Positions 1 to 12,672 of a DNA stretch of 64,000 nucleotides are shown here, one piece after another. This DNA comes from Octopus sinensis (lineage: Eukaryota). The position numbers were made by a program, and so were the translations under genes. Under the pieces are notes generated by a model that ran no database searches, was not told the DNA's origin, and was given only the letters and a program-made list of their open reading frames with translations. The stretch lies in contig NC_042999.1 of NCBI RefSeq assembly GCF_006345805.1, positions 151,404,001-151,468,000 of the forward strand, written 5' to 3'. The first letter of the stretch is position 1. Each line of letters starts with the position of its first letter.

Positions 1-2256
1 ATACTTCAGGCATGGTTGTGTGGTTGAGATGTTCACTTCCTAACCACACTGTTTTGGGTTCAATCTCACTTTGCAACAGTTAGGGCAAGTGTTTTTTTCA
101 CTCTCATCCCAGGCTGACCAAAGCCTTGAGGGTGGATTTGGTCAACAAAAACTGAAAGAAGCCCATTGTGTATGTCTGTGCATAGTAAATTACAAATTAA
201 AAGCAGTGCTAGTAATATAATCTTTATCAGTCACACATAATGTATGTGTTTTGTTTAAATGCCCTTTTGTTTTGGAATAGTGTCCGAGGAGAGCTCCCTA
301 CATGATGACACTGAGTGTTAAAGAACACCAAGTGTCCCAGACCAGATAAGACAACTTACTCTAAGGTAATTGAGAATGGTAGATACCATTATTTTGCCAT
401 TGTTGTGGCTTATCAATACAATGCACTTGGATCTCCTCGAAATGAAATGAATCGCTGGTGTGTGACGTATATGCAAATAGAGTGAAGTTTAATGATATGT
501 TGCAGCATAGCATGTTTAAAAGAAATTTAATTTACTAATTAAAAGCAGTTCTAGTAAGGTAAACATTATCAATCACACATACATAGTGGAGACACATGGC
601 TTAGTGGTTAGGGTGTTGGGTTCATGACTTTAAGGATTGTGGTTTCGATCCCTGGACTGGTCAATCTGTTGTGTTTTTGAGCAAAACACTTCATTTCATG
701 TTGTTCCAGTCCACTCAGCTGTAGAAATGAGTTGAGCCTGGAGGGGGATGAGCTCTGCCAGGCTTTCTCACCCTAGATACACTTAATGGCTGCAGCACCT
801 CCACTGATCCCCAAGGGGTTAAGGGACTTCTCAATTATCAATACATAGTGTATGCACACTCGGCATTGTGTAGGGAGCTTACTCTGGATGTTATCCCACA
901 GCGAAAGGGCATTCAAATAAAGCATATTCACTCTATGTGTGGCCGGTAATATATACATATACACCTCGCCTGGCCTCTGTGCCGGTGGCATGTAAAAAGC
1001 ACCATCCGATCGTGGCCGTTTGCCAGCCTCATCTGGCACGTAAAAAGCACCCACTACACTCATGAAGTGGTTTGCATTAGGAAGGGCATCCAGCCATAGA
1101 AACATTGCCAGATCAGACTGGGCCTGGTGCAGCCTTCTGGCTTCCCAGACCCCAGTTGCACCGTCCAACCCATGCCAGCATGGAAATCGGACGCTAAACG
1201 ACGACGACGATGGATGCATGCATATCATCATCATCATCGTTTAACGTCCGTTCTCCATGCTAGCATGGGTTGGACGGTTCGACCAGGGATCTGGGAAGGC
1301 AGAAGGCTGCACCAGGCTCCGGTCTTATCTGGCAATGTTTCTACAGCTGGATGCCCTTCCTAACGCCAACCACTCCGTGAGTGTAGTGGGTGCTTTTTAC
1401 GTGCCACCTGCACTGGTGCCAGGCGAGGCTGGCATCGGCCATGGTCGGATTGGTGCATTTTACGTGCCACCTGCACGGAAGCCAGTCGAGGCGGCACTGG
1501 CTTCGGCCCGGTACATACATAGATGTGTACCTCTGTGCATGCACTTCTCTGAAAGTCCAAACTACAATTAGTTGTGTTGTTGCCATTTCCTCTGTCACAA
1601 AATTGTCTATTAGCTTTGTACCTTCAAAGATGTATGAAATAACGAATCTCTTACTTGAAAAATAAGGCAGATATAGCATCAGAAAAGATACCAAAATTAA
1701 GTGAATTTAACATTTTTGTGCATTATTAAATGCTTAGAGTGGTTCTTCCATAACATGGTTTCTTCAGTTTAAACACTTTCTCAGATCAAGGCATCTACTA
1801 GATTTTTTTATGCTTTTATTCTTTTACATGTTTCTGTCATTTGACTGTGGCCATGCTGGAACACCACCTTTTAGTCAAACAAATAGAACCAAGACTTATT
1901 CTTTGTAAGCCTAGTACTTATTCTATCGATGTCTTTTGCCAAACTGCTAAGTTACAGGGATGTCAACACACCAGCATCAGTTGTCAAGCGATGTTGGTGG
2001 GGACAAACACACACACATATACATATATATATATGACGGGCTTCTTTCAGTTTCTATCTACCAAATCTACTTGCAAGGCTTAGGTCAGCCTGGAGCTATA
2101 GTAGCAGACACTTGCCCAAGATGCCACGCAGTGGGACTGAAACCGGAACCATGTAATTGGGAAGCAAGCTTCTTACCACAACCACGCTATGTTCAATTCA
2201 AAGAATAAGAGAAATGTTTGTTACATTATTTTATTATTATTTTTTTTCTGTTAAAG

Positions 2257-2354
2257 GTACCCAAGTTTTATCTCCTTGGATGTCTGAAGCTGGAGCACCT
2301 GTGGTATTTCCTCAGCGGTGTACAACTATGGCTGTCTGTCAGATCAGTGGCAAG
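2257..2354 (+). CDS. ELP1: ELP1 exon w1 (first in window; upstream exons lie outside)
   Basis: ttaaag|GT..AAG|gtgaga; (G)TQVLSPWMSEAGAPVVFPQRCTTMAVCQISGK resembles ELP1 PW..FPQRC; phase 1 to 0. Confidence 0.9.
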
Positions 2355-3132
2355 GTGAGAACTCATTTTCATTCCAGGAAATCTGCGAGAATTAAATTTG
2401 ATTGTATGCAATCATATCTAAATATATTTTTATAGGTGCATGTGCAGCTGTTTGGTAAGAAGCTTGCTTCCCAACCACATGGTTCCTGGTTCAATCTCGC
2501 TGTGTGGCACCTGGGCAAGTGTCTTCTACTATAGCTCCAAACCGACCCAAGTCTTTGCATGCATATTTACAGGAATGGCTGTGTATTAAGAAGTTTACTT
2601 TGCAATCACAGGGCCCTGATTTCGCTCCTTCTGCACAGCAACGTGGTTATATGTCTTCTACTATACTGATCCTCCTGAGGGAGCCTGGTAAAGCCTTCTG
2701 GCTCGCCATCCCTCAGTTAAACCATCCAACCCATGCCAGCATGGAAAGCAGACGTTAAACGACGACGACCACGATGATGATGAGAAAACTCAGTGGATGC
2801 TTGTCAGAGGGACCGTATTTATTATTGGGTGGTAGACTTATCCATTGCCCAGTTTGACACCCCCACCTCACCCTTGGGTACCTTGAGCAAGGTACATTCT
2901 GTTAGCATTCAGGTTAGGTCTCCAGTGTGAGGATAAATCTTCCTTCCTTCCTTCAACCAGTGTCAGAGGTCATGAGGAAAAGGTTTTCCTGACAAAGCTA
3001 TAAAAACAAACAAAAACAGTGTTAATGTGATGGTGATTCGTTAAGGTGATTGTACATAAGTTCAAAACTTCCTCTAAATTACAGTCACTGAAATTATAAT
3101 TAATACTTTACTATTTTTCTATTTTGTTACAG

Positions 3133-3186
3133 GTTGTGATTCTGGGTCTAACATCAAAGCACCGTCTCTACATAAATGATAAAGAG
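3133..3186 (+). CDS. ELP1: ELP1 exon w2
   Basis: ttacag|..|gtatgt; VVILGLTSKHRLYINDKE (human ECVLGLTDRCRFFINDIE); 54 nt, phase 0/0. Confidence 0.93.
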
Positions 3187-3229
3187 GTATGTATTTTATT
3201 TTGGGTACAAGTGTAATTTGTTGAAGGAT

Positions 3230-3260
<31 letters not shown>

Positions 3261-3459
3261 GTGTAAGGTCAATGTTAAAGGAATTTGAACTCTAAAAACG
3301 AAAATCTACAAGCTCAGAATTAGAACTCATATCATTTGGTACTCTACCATTTGCCCTTACTCTAATTCATCTAATGTTGTACTCTACTATTTACCCATGC
3401 TATAAATCATCTTATCTACTACTCAACAATTTGTCCTTACTCTATTTCTTCAAATGTGG

Positions 3460-3871
3460 GGATCTTTTCGGTTTGAACAGCAGTTTTTGCTGGCGGTGTC
3501 ATATGAAATTGTCACCCATAATTATGACCCTGGTATCAATCTATTGCATTTCAATCTGTTTTAGGGTTAGGGTTAGGGGGAAGCGTATCTTTTTTTCTTC
3601 ACAAATGTAAATAAACTCAATCTGTTTCTTAAACGAGGGACATATTCATACGGCACAGAATGTTTTTTTACCTCAATAGACGTCAGTGATTGGTTGAAAT
3701 TGCAGAAATTGAAGAAGAAAAACAACAAATATCTTACAAACTGTAGAATTTTCTCAATAAAGCCAAGAGAAAAAGATGTTTTATAAACACATTCTACCAG
3801 TATACGAAGTTAAAAATTTTTTAGTTACCTAGAAATTATGTTAAAAATTGTCGTTCAAACCGAAAAGATCC
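3460..3871. mobile_element. MITE with GGATC TIRs and a 9-bp TSD
   Basis: TIR GGATCTTTTCGGTTTGAAC; TSD CAAATGTGG at 3451 and 3872; partial relatives ending at 47364 and starting near 52936. Confidence 0.85.
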
Positions 3872-4326
3872 CAAATGTGGTACTCTGTTTGTTACCCATA
3901 CTATAAACCATCTCATCTGGTACTCAACAAGTTACCCTTACTCTTAATTCATCTAATGTGGTACTCTATTTCTTGCCCATACTGTAGACCACCTCATCTG
4001 GTTCTCTACTTAACCACACAGCCCTTCCTGTGCCTCACAAAAAATAAGAACAGTGTCTCTAAGCTTATCAACCCCTATTAATGAGGAAGCCCATAGGAAC
4101 AGAGACTCTCATTCCCTGATTTCACCCACTTTACCTTCCTCCTCCATGACCACCACCACTAAAATCTACAGGATTACCAAAATAGATCAAACAGTGAAGA
4201 GAGTACATGTTGAGACTGTAGGCAATTATAGAGTGATAATATAGTGTAATGATTAAGAGCACAGGCTACTAACCCCACGATTGCGAGTTCAGTTCCAGGC
4301 AGTGCCTTGAATAAATAATAATAATA

Positions 4327-4862
4327 GTTTACAGCTGTGACCCGGCAAATAAAGTGAGTTCACAGCTGTAACCTACACCAGTGTCGCATATCGTTGGGCA
4401 ACATGCTGTGCTTGAAGGGACCTAAGTATATCAAAATCAAATCAAATCACAATCAAATGGAAATTGTAGTTGTGGTCCCTGTACCGGTGGCATGTAAAAA
4501 GCACCATCCAAACATGGCCGATGCCAGTGCCACCTTGACTGGCTTCCATGCCCGTGGCACATAAAAAGCACCATCCAAACATGGCCGATGCCAGTGCCAC
4601 CTTGACTGGCTTCCATGCCCGTGGCACATAAAAAGCACCATCCTATTGTGGTTGATGCCAACCCCCTCTGGCCCCTGTGCAGGTAGCATGTAAAAAAAGC
4701 ATCCTCTACACTCTTGGAGTGGTTGGCATTAGGAAGGGCATCCAGCTGTAGAAACACTCCCAAATCAGACTGGAGCCTTGTGCAGCCTCCTGGCTTCCCA
4801 GACCCCAGTCAAACCATCCAACCCATGCCAGCATGGAAAACAGACATTAAATGATGAGGATA
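4327..4862 (+). mobile_element. 5'-truncated RTE 3' UTR copy inserted in the (AAT)n of a SINE
   Basis: (AATCA)n linker, near-exact 67-bp tandem unit (4501 and 4568), terminal module; splits the hammerhead SINE. Confidence 0.85.
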
Positions 4863-5817
4863 AATAATAATAATAATAATAATAATAACAACATCAACAA
4901 AAAATACCTTGGGAATGAGAACCCAGGGTTGGGTTCAAATTCTACTAGGTCATCTGATGAAGGCTGAAGAGTAAATCAGTCGAATTGTTGAGGTAGCAAC
5001 AAACAAGATGAGGACACATATCCATCCAATGTAAATAATGTACAGAATTCCTCATCTCTAAAATATAGAACAGAACTTGATTATACTCTTACAATATACA
5101 AAATATTTTAACAATTTTTTTTTAATACAATTCCTTACACTATAGGAATCAGCAGTAATCCTTAGGTAAGAAATGGTAGAGAATCAGTGATTAAAAACAT
5201 GCTTGATTGCAGATTTTTGTTTTTTTCTTAATGGTTTTCTTCTGATCTTATGTGCTTCAAACATAATTTTAAATGTAATCCTTTTGATACCAACCCAGCT
5301 GAAACCAGCTCTGGCTCTAAGTACAAATGTCTTGTTTTCATAAGTCTTGAATTAAAATCTTCCACCAAACCTTAGTCACAATTTATGTTCCTGACACTAA
5401 CTTAAGCATAACTAAGTTATTTTACTAAATTCTTTGTAATATTTAAAATTAGATGATGAAACACAGAGCATCTCAACAGAAATATGGTAACAAAAGGGTT
5501 AACAAATGATTAATTTAATCCTTTTGATACCAACCCGGCTGAAACTGCCTCTGGCTCTGTAGTACAAATGTCTTGTTTTCATAAGTTTTGAATTAAAATC
5601 TTCCACCAAACCTGTGTCACAATTTATGTTCCTAATATTAGCTGAATGATACTTAAATTATTTTACTAAATTCTTTGTTATATATAAAGTAATTGAAAGA
5701 AACACAGAGCATCTCAAAATAAATACAGTAACGAAAGAGTTAATCAATTAGTAATATTTTAATGTTCACGTTCATTTAATTGATCATTAGTCTTGTTTTT
5801 ATTTGTGTTTTTTTTAG

Positions 5818-5920
5818 TTGGCTAATAACTGTACATCAATGGCTGTCCATGAAAAATTTTTGATTTTGACTACACTAAGCCATACATGTCGGTTCTTGAA
5901 CTTGAAAACAAATACTAAAG
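5818..5920 (+). CDS. ELP1: ELP1 exon w3
   Basis: tttttag|..|gtatgt; LANNCTSMAVHEKFLILTTLSHTCRFLNLKTNTK; phase 0/1. Confidence 0.93.
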
Positions 5921-6387
5921 GTATGTGTGCTTTAAGATAAAATTATAATTAAAATTTACCTCCTCATTGGCAGAAATATCATCATCATCATTATCATCAT
6001 TATCTAATGTCTTATTTTCTGTGTTGGCATAGGTTGGATGTTCAACATGAACTGACAAGCCAGGAGGCCATGCCAGGCTCTAGTGTCTTCTTTGACATGG
6101 TTTCTACAGCTGGATCCCCTTTCTAATGCCAACCACTTCAAAGTGCTTTTCATATAGCATCAGCAAGGCCCCCTCAACTGAGTAGGATATAATATTGAGG
6201 AATGCAAATGTATGATAAAAAGACAGGAGCCGGTGTTTTGCTGAAGAGGCAAATATATGATTTCTCCTTAGGGGAAGAGATGGAGAGAGAGAAAGGTGTG
6301 AAGTGAAGGTGCAAGATAAGTATGAAAGAGAGAGAATAGGGATAGGAAGATTTGACAGGAGCTCATTTTTCCTCAGGTGTGTATGTA

Positions 6388-6599
6388 CAGGGTGACCCAA
6401 AAGTCACACAAAGTGGTCTAAAATTTTAATAAATTTATTGTAATGACATTTTTTAATTTGTAGTATACAAGATGTGATTTTCACACCTAACATACATATA
6501 TTTCCTACATACATATTATAATATGGTGCTAAAGTACTGTAAATTTGAAATTAAACATAAATGAATTACCAACACTTTTGTGACTTCTGGGCCACCCTG
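6388..6599. mobile_element. Tc1/mariner-type MITE
   Basis: TA|CAGGGTGACCCAAAAGTCAC..GTGACTTCTGGGCCACCCTG|TA. Confidence 0.85.
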
Positions 6600-6834
6600 T
6601 ATATGTATGTATGTGTATCATTTTTATGCTTTTTTCTCCATGCTGGTGTGGGTTGGGATAGACCATCACAGCAGTTCAAGTCATTTCTTGTTGGAAGCGG
6701 TTGCTCATACCTGTCATTTGGTTTGGCTTTTACAACTAGATACCTTTCCCATTGCCACTTTCTGCCTGCTGATTGATGCTGATAACCAACAGTGGATTAA
6801 ATTACTGTTTATTTCTGATGATCTGGCATTAAAT

Positions 6835-7692
6835 AATAATAATAATAATTGTGTACAGTGCTCAGGTGCACTACAACTCATCTAAAGTGTATATATAATC
6901 AGGTGTAGTTTCGGCGGATTTCGGAAAGCATGAGGGCCTTAAAAGATGCAGTGTCATGGCAGTCAACAACTGACGCAGGCAGTTTATTCCATGCTTCAGC
7001 AACTCTGAGCGTGAAAAAATGTTTCCGAAAGTCATGGGAGCTGTATTGTTTTCTGACTTTGTAGGCATGTCCACGTGTGTTAGACACATGGAGATCAAAA
7101 AGGTGTTCAGTGTTGTTGTTGGTGAGGTGGTTGATAACTTTGTGGGTGTTTACCAAGTCCGTCGCCAAACGCCGGAGCTTCAGTGAATCCATGCCCAGGG
7201 AAACAAGGCGCTCAGAATATGGTAGGTGTCTGATGGAGGGTATGCGTTTGGTTGCACGTCTCTGGACAGATTCCAGGAGGTCAATGTTCTGTGCAAGATA
7301 GGGGTTCCAAACTGATGATGCGAATTCCAGTGTGGTCGTACCATAGCTGTATACAGTTTTAAATAGATGGCTGGAGAGCGGCTAACAAAAGACCTGCTGA
7401 GTGATGCCAAGACACCCTCGGCCTTCCTGACAATCTTAGAGATATGCTTTGACCAACGCAAATCACTGCTGACAGTGATGCCTAGGTCAAGCTCGCAAGA
7501 GGATTTCTTGATATCAGTGTTGTGGAGGGAGTATGTGAACGCAGGGTTTTTTCTCCCAAAATGCATGGTGGTACACTTGTCCACAGCCAGTTTCAGTTGC
7601 CAGTCTGTGATCCATTGCTGCATTGTGTCTAGGTCTGATTGCAGGAAAGAGTTGTAGACATCAGGATCTGTCCTCTTGATTTCAAGGTACAG
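6835..7692 (-). mobile_element. CR1-type LINE 3' fragment
   Basis: DLGITVSSDLRWSKHI, LKLYTAMVRPH, TRGH..K, FFTLRVAEAWNKLP; (ATT)n tail near 6835. Confidence 0.9.
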
Positions 7693-8238
7693 CATTATAA
7701 AGCAATTATGGAATCATCCATATAACAATTACCACACAACATACAAGTACACACTAGTGAAACGTGTAAAGACTATGTAATTTATGATGTTATAATAAAA
7801 AGTTTAGCTGAATCTCCTATTTTCTGTGTGTGTGCTGGTGCCTTGTAAAAAGCACCCTGTACACTCGATGACGTGGTCATTGTTAGGAAGAGCACCCAGC
7901 CATAGAAACCATACCAGAACTGACAATTGGAGCTTGGTGCAGCTCACTGGCTTGCCAGTTCCTGTCAACCCATCCAACCTATGCTAGCTTGGAAAACAGA
8001 CATTAAATGATGATGATGATGATGATACGAATGCACATAAGTTTTCTCAATCTCAAGACTGACCTTTGGCTAAACAATAGCCAAGAACTTCTCTGTGTAG
8101 TAGTGTTGTCCACAGTTTATCATCAATATGGGTAGACATACAGTAACTGATGACGATGGTGTTTTTTGAATTTGTTAGTAAACAGAATGAAAATCAAAGT
8201 CAGAACACTAATTTCATATCTTTTATGCTATTTTACAG

Positions 8239-8428
8239 ATATTGCCACACTTCATGAAAACAGTGGACACCCTTTTGATGAGATTATACGTCGAGTGGAG
8301 CGAGGTTCGTGTATTGTTACAGTCGTACATAACAGTACAAAACTTGTGTTACAAATGCCACGCGGCAACCTTGAAACTGTCCATCCCCGAGCTTTGCTAC
8401 TTTCTTCCATTCAACAGAAACTAAATAA
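8239..8428 (+). CDS. ELP1: ELP1 exon w4
   Basis: ttacag|..|gtatga; [39 protein letters not shown], the hallmark IKI3/ELP1 motif; phase 1/2. Confidence 0.97.
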
Positions 8429-8689
8429 GTATGAATATCTTTATGCAGTACATTGAAATATGTCCTAAAGTATTGCCTTTGTATATTGTTTTATTTATTT
8501 TTTTTGCCTGATCTTCATTTAAATGCCCTATTTTTGTTTCAGTTAATTTTAAAAATAAGGAAGAATTTTATAAAATAACCTTGTGGTTTTTAAGCTGATA
8601 TTCTGCACATAAATTAACATGAAATTTTGATGGGGGTGTTTTAGATCACTTTAATCCTTTTGTTACCATATTTTTGTCAAATTATACCC

Positions 8690-9245
8690 TGCTTTATGCA
8701 TACCTTTTCCTTCCTTGGACACTAAACTCTGCTTGCGAAGACCTGTTGAGGCAAGTGAAATCAAAATCAAACACATTCGATGACTGGCATCCGTACTAAC
8801 GGGGTGCAAAGAGCACCATACGAGCATGATTGTTGACAGAGCAGTTAACCGGCTTCTGTGCCAGTGGCACATAAAAGGCACCCTTCGAGTGTGATCATTA
8901 CCAGCATTGCCTTACTGGCACTTGTGCCCGTACTAGTAGAGTGCCAAGAGCACCATCTGATGGCATGTAAAAGGACACCATTTGAGCGTGATTGTTACCA
9001 ACATCGCCTTACTGGCACCTGTGCTGGTGGCATGTGTAAAAAGATTCGAGCGAGGCCATTGCCAGTACCGCCTGACTGGCATGTAAAAAGCACCCACTAC
9101 ACTCTCAGAGTGGTTGGTGTTAGGAAGGGCAACCAGCTGTAGAAACTCTGCCTAATCAAGATTGGAGCCTGGTGCGCCAGCCCTCAGTCAAAATCGTCCA
9201 ACCCAAGCTGGCATGGAAAGCATACGTCAAATGATGATGATGATG
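8690..9245 (+). mobile_element. 5'-truncated RTE 3' UTR copy (second spacer subfamily, also at 45020-45460)
   Basis: Begins with TATGCATACCTT..GAAGACCTGTTGAGGCAAGTGAAA, which matches the UTR of the 61-kb LINE. Confidence 0.85.
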
Positions 9246-10451
9246 ATATACCCCGTGCCTATGGCATGTAAAAAGCATCATGCGAACGTGGTCGATGCCA
9301 GTGACCCCTGACTGGCTTCCATGCTAAGTGGCATGTAAAAAGCAGTATCTGAACATGATCGATACCAGGGCTGTCTGACTGGCTCCCATGCCAATGGCAT
9401 GTAAAAAGCACCATCTGAATGTGGCTGATGCTGGTGCCCCTTGACTGACTCCCATGCTAGTGGCACATGAAAAGCAGTATCTGAACATGATTGATGCCAG
9501 GCTTACCTGACTAGCTCCTACGCTGGTGGCACGTAAAAAGCACCCCCCTACATTCTCGGAGTGGTTGGCATTAGGAAGGGCATCCAGCTGTAGAAACTTT
9601 GCCAAATCAGATTGGAGACTGATGCAGCCTCTCGTCTTTCCAGAATGGAAAACAGATGTTGAATGATAATGATCATTATCATTGTCATTTAATGGCTGTT
9701 TTCCATGATGGCATGGATTGGGTGGTTTGACCAGAGCTGGCAAGCCAGAGAACTGCATCAAGTTCCAGTTGTTTTGGCATGGTCTCTAGAGCTGGATGCC
9801 CTTCCCAATGCTGCCTACTTAACGAAGTGTATGGGATGCTTTTTACGTGGCATCAGCACAGGCACTTTTTGTGTGGCATTGTTACAGGTGCTTTTTACGT
9901 GGCACCAATGGTGTTGCCAAGTAACTTTCAAGACAAAGACCTCTCAGCTGAGAATAGTAGGTAGGGCGGGTGTATCTGAATGAAGTGATTGTGTGTCGGG
10001 TGACAGATTAGAGCAAGAAGTTTTCACTAAATATAAAAACAGTCCATCCATTACAGACTAATTGAATGACTAGATTGAATCAGCACGGAGGCCAGTTATG
10101 TGCCGACTGGCCCCCGTGCCGGTGGCATGTAAAAAGCACTACCCAATCGTGGCTGTTGCCAGCATCGTCTGGCTCGTAAAAAGCACCCACTACACTCACA
10201 GAGTGGTTGGCGTTAGGAAGGGCATCCAGTTGTAGAAACACTTCCAGATCAGACTGGAGCCTGGTGCAGCCTCCTGTCTTCCCAGACCCCAGTCGAACCG
10301 TCCAACCCATGCTAGCATGGAAAGCGGACGTTAAACGATGATGATGATGAAAAGTTCATTGTTTAAGTGCTTATTAGATTGAATTATTGTGAATTTATAA
10401 ATGAATCATAATTAATGCTTAGTGTAATTATAATGTTATATTTCTTTGTAG

Positions 10452-10610
10452 CCTCAAGTATCATGATGCATTGGCTCTTATGAGAAAACACAGAATAAAT
10501 ATGAATTTAGTTTATGACCATAATCCATCATTGTTTTTAACCAATATTGAAAGTTTTGTCAAACAAGTATCAGAAGACAATCTTCTCACGTTGTTCTTAT
10601 CAGAGCTTGG
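10452..10610 (+). CDS. ELP1: ELP1 exon w5
   Basis: ttgtag|..|gtctgt; LKYHDALALMRKHRINMNLVYDHNPSLFLTNIESFVKQVSEDNLLTLFLSEL; phase 2/2. Confidence 0.93.
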
Positions 10611-10996
10611 GTCTGTATATTTTATTTCACATTGTCGTTTTTATTTTTTCAATTAATTTTTTAATAAACATCACATTGTGACAACTTAGTCAACAGTAAA
10701 TAAACTATAAATTATAACAAGTAAATTACAGCTGTATTATTGTTGCTAATATATTTTATATCTAAATCATATGCTCCATGTGTTCTAATAGCTAAAATCC
10801 TAAAGAGTTGAATTGACCTCAAGCCAATTATCATTTCATCTTCTGTACATACCAAAACAAACTGAATGAAAACCAAATCAGATGTCTTCACACAGCCATA
10901 TTACTTTCTTCTCATCCAAACACATTCTTTCTGTTGTAACAATTTGAGATTAATTTTTAATAATGTTAATTAGTGATGTGTCTTTATTATTTCTAG

Positions 10997-11143
10997 AATG
11001 GAAGATTCTACACAAACAATGTATGCCAGTTCTTATTCTGATCGAGCCACTTTGAATAAATCTGAAGATGGCGAGAACTCATCCAAAGTGAACATAGTCT
11101 GTGATGCTATCATTGAAATTTTATACAAGGAAGAAAAGGAAAG
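10997..11143 (+). CDS. ELP1: ELP1 exon w6
   Basis: ttctag|..|gtattt; MEDSTQTMYASSY..SKVNIVCDAIIEILYKEEKE; phase 2/2. Confidence 0.92.
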
Positions 11144-12107
11144 GTATTTGATGTTTTCCTTCTAAGTTTCTTTTGCAATTTTACATTGACTTTTTCGTTT
11201 TTGCATGGATTAAACATCGTTGTCTTCATCATCATTATCATCATCATCATCATCAAACATCTGCTTTCCATGCTGGCATGGCTGGGACAACAACTATGAA
11301 AATTTGTATATTGTTATGAAATCATCATCATTATTTAACATCCGCTTTCCATGCTGGCATGGGTTGGTCGGTTTGACTGAGGACTGGCAAACCAGGAGAC
11401 TGCACAAGGCTCCAATTTGATCTGGCATGGTTTCTGCAGCTGGATGTCCTTCCTTCTCATCATCATCCAGTATTTTAAATCCGGGTTTTGTCCCCATTAA
11501 CAGGAGTAGCCAGATCTACCTCAGTGCCATAGCAACTGCCCTCACACCATCTCGCCATCTTGCCCGGTTTTGGGCATCCTCCTTGACCTAATGGCCCTTA
11601 ATGTTTGTCTTTGTCAATTGTTTACTCTGTATGTCCACTCTCTCGTTGTTTGTTCATTCGAAGCTTTAACTCTCCATGAATTTTATATTTTTACCCAAGA
11701 TGCCATGTTGCAAGTTTGAATCTGGGCCCATATGGTTGTTAGGTGAATTTAACCACATGTCTAATATTAAATATGCCATTAAATATGTCTTTTTTTCTGT
11801 GGGAGTTTTTTTTTCCCAAACTTCAAATGATAATTTTGGGGTTCTTTTCTTTTTTATATCATCATCATTTAATGTCTGTTTCCCATGCTGGCATGGGTTG
11901 GACAGTTTAACCGGGGCTGGTAAGCTCAGGGGCTGTACCAGATTCCAGTCTGATTTGGCATGCATTCTACAGCCGGATACCCTTCCTAATGCCAACCACT
12001 CCACGAGTGTAATGGGTGCTTTTCACTCTTGAAGTGGTTGTCATTAGGGAGGGCATCCAGCCAGAGATATATATAATATTTGTGACTTATCCTTTTCTGT
12101 TCTTCAG

Positions 12108-12193
12108 GCTTGTATTACCAATTCTCACTGCTCATATCAAGAAAAACCCTCCTGAAATTGAAAAGGCCTTAACAGTCATTTATAAAATTAAAG
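12108..12193 (+). CDS. ELP1: ELP1 exon w7
   Basis: cttcag|..|gtaatt; LVLPILTAHIKKNPPEIEKALTVIYKIK; phase 2/1. Confidence 0.93.
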
Positions 12194-12672
12194 GTAATTA
12201 CAGCTAATCATAATTCTAATTTTCCTCTGTCTTTTTTTTATTTTAATTGTACATTCATTATTATCTTTTATCTTTTACTTGTTTCCGTCATTAGACTGTG
12301 GCCATGCTGGGGCACCACCTTGAAGAATTTTTTAGTTGAATGAATCAACCCCTGTACATATTTTCTTTTATTATTTTAAGCCCTGTATTTATTCTATCAG
12401 TCTCTTTTGCTGAACTGCTATGTTATGGGGACATAAGCACCCAACACTGGTCGTCAAGCAGTGGTGAGGGGACACACACACACACACACATATATATTTG
12501 TGAATTAAGGCTAATTCCTAACAACATTCAGTGCTCTGGGTGCTTATGTGGCACCAGCTCTTGTGTCAATTCTGCTGTGGCACCATACATGTGTATATAC
12601 ATATACACACATAGAGATGCACCCACACATATTAAAACATATCAATAAAACCTGTTAATTAAAAACCGAGTC

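Noticed and set aside
281-365. Possible extra ELP1 exon (tag/..aag/gtaatt)
   Set aside because: All three frames contain stops and there is no ELP1 similarity.
590-680. tRNA genes at the A/B-box motifs (also at 19775, 35665, 39960 and 49527)
   Set aside because: No complete cloverleaf or acceptor stem; each continues into a SINE body.
773-1694. Recurring ORFs containing FLQLDALPNANHS or CWHGLDG
   Set aside because: These are antisense or sense translations of the non-coding RTE tail, with inconsistent frames between copies.
3561-3578. Telomere or telomere-fusion site
   Set aside because: Only three TTAGGG units, inside a MITE.
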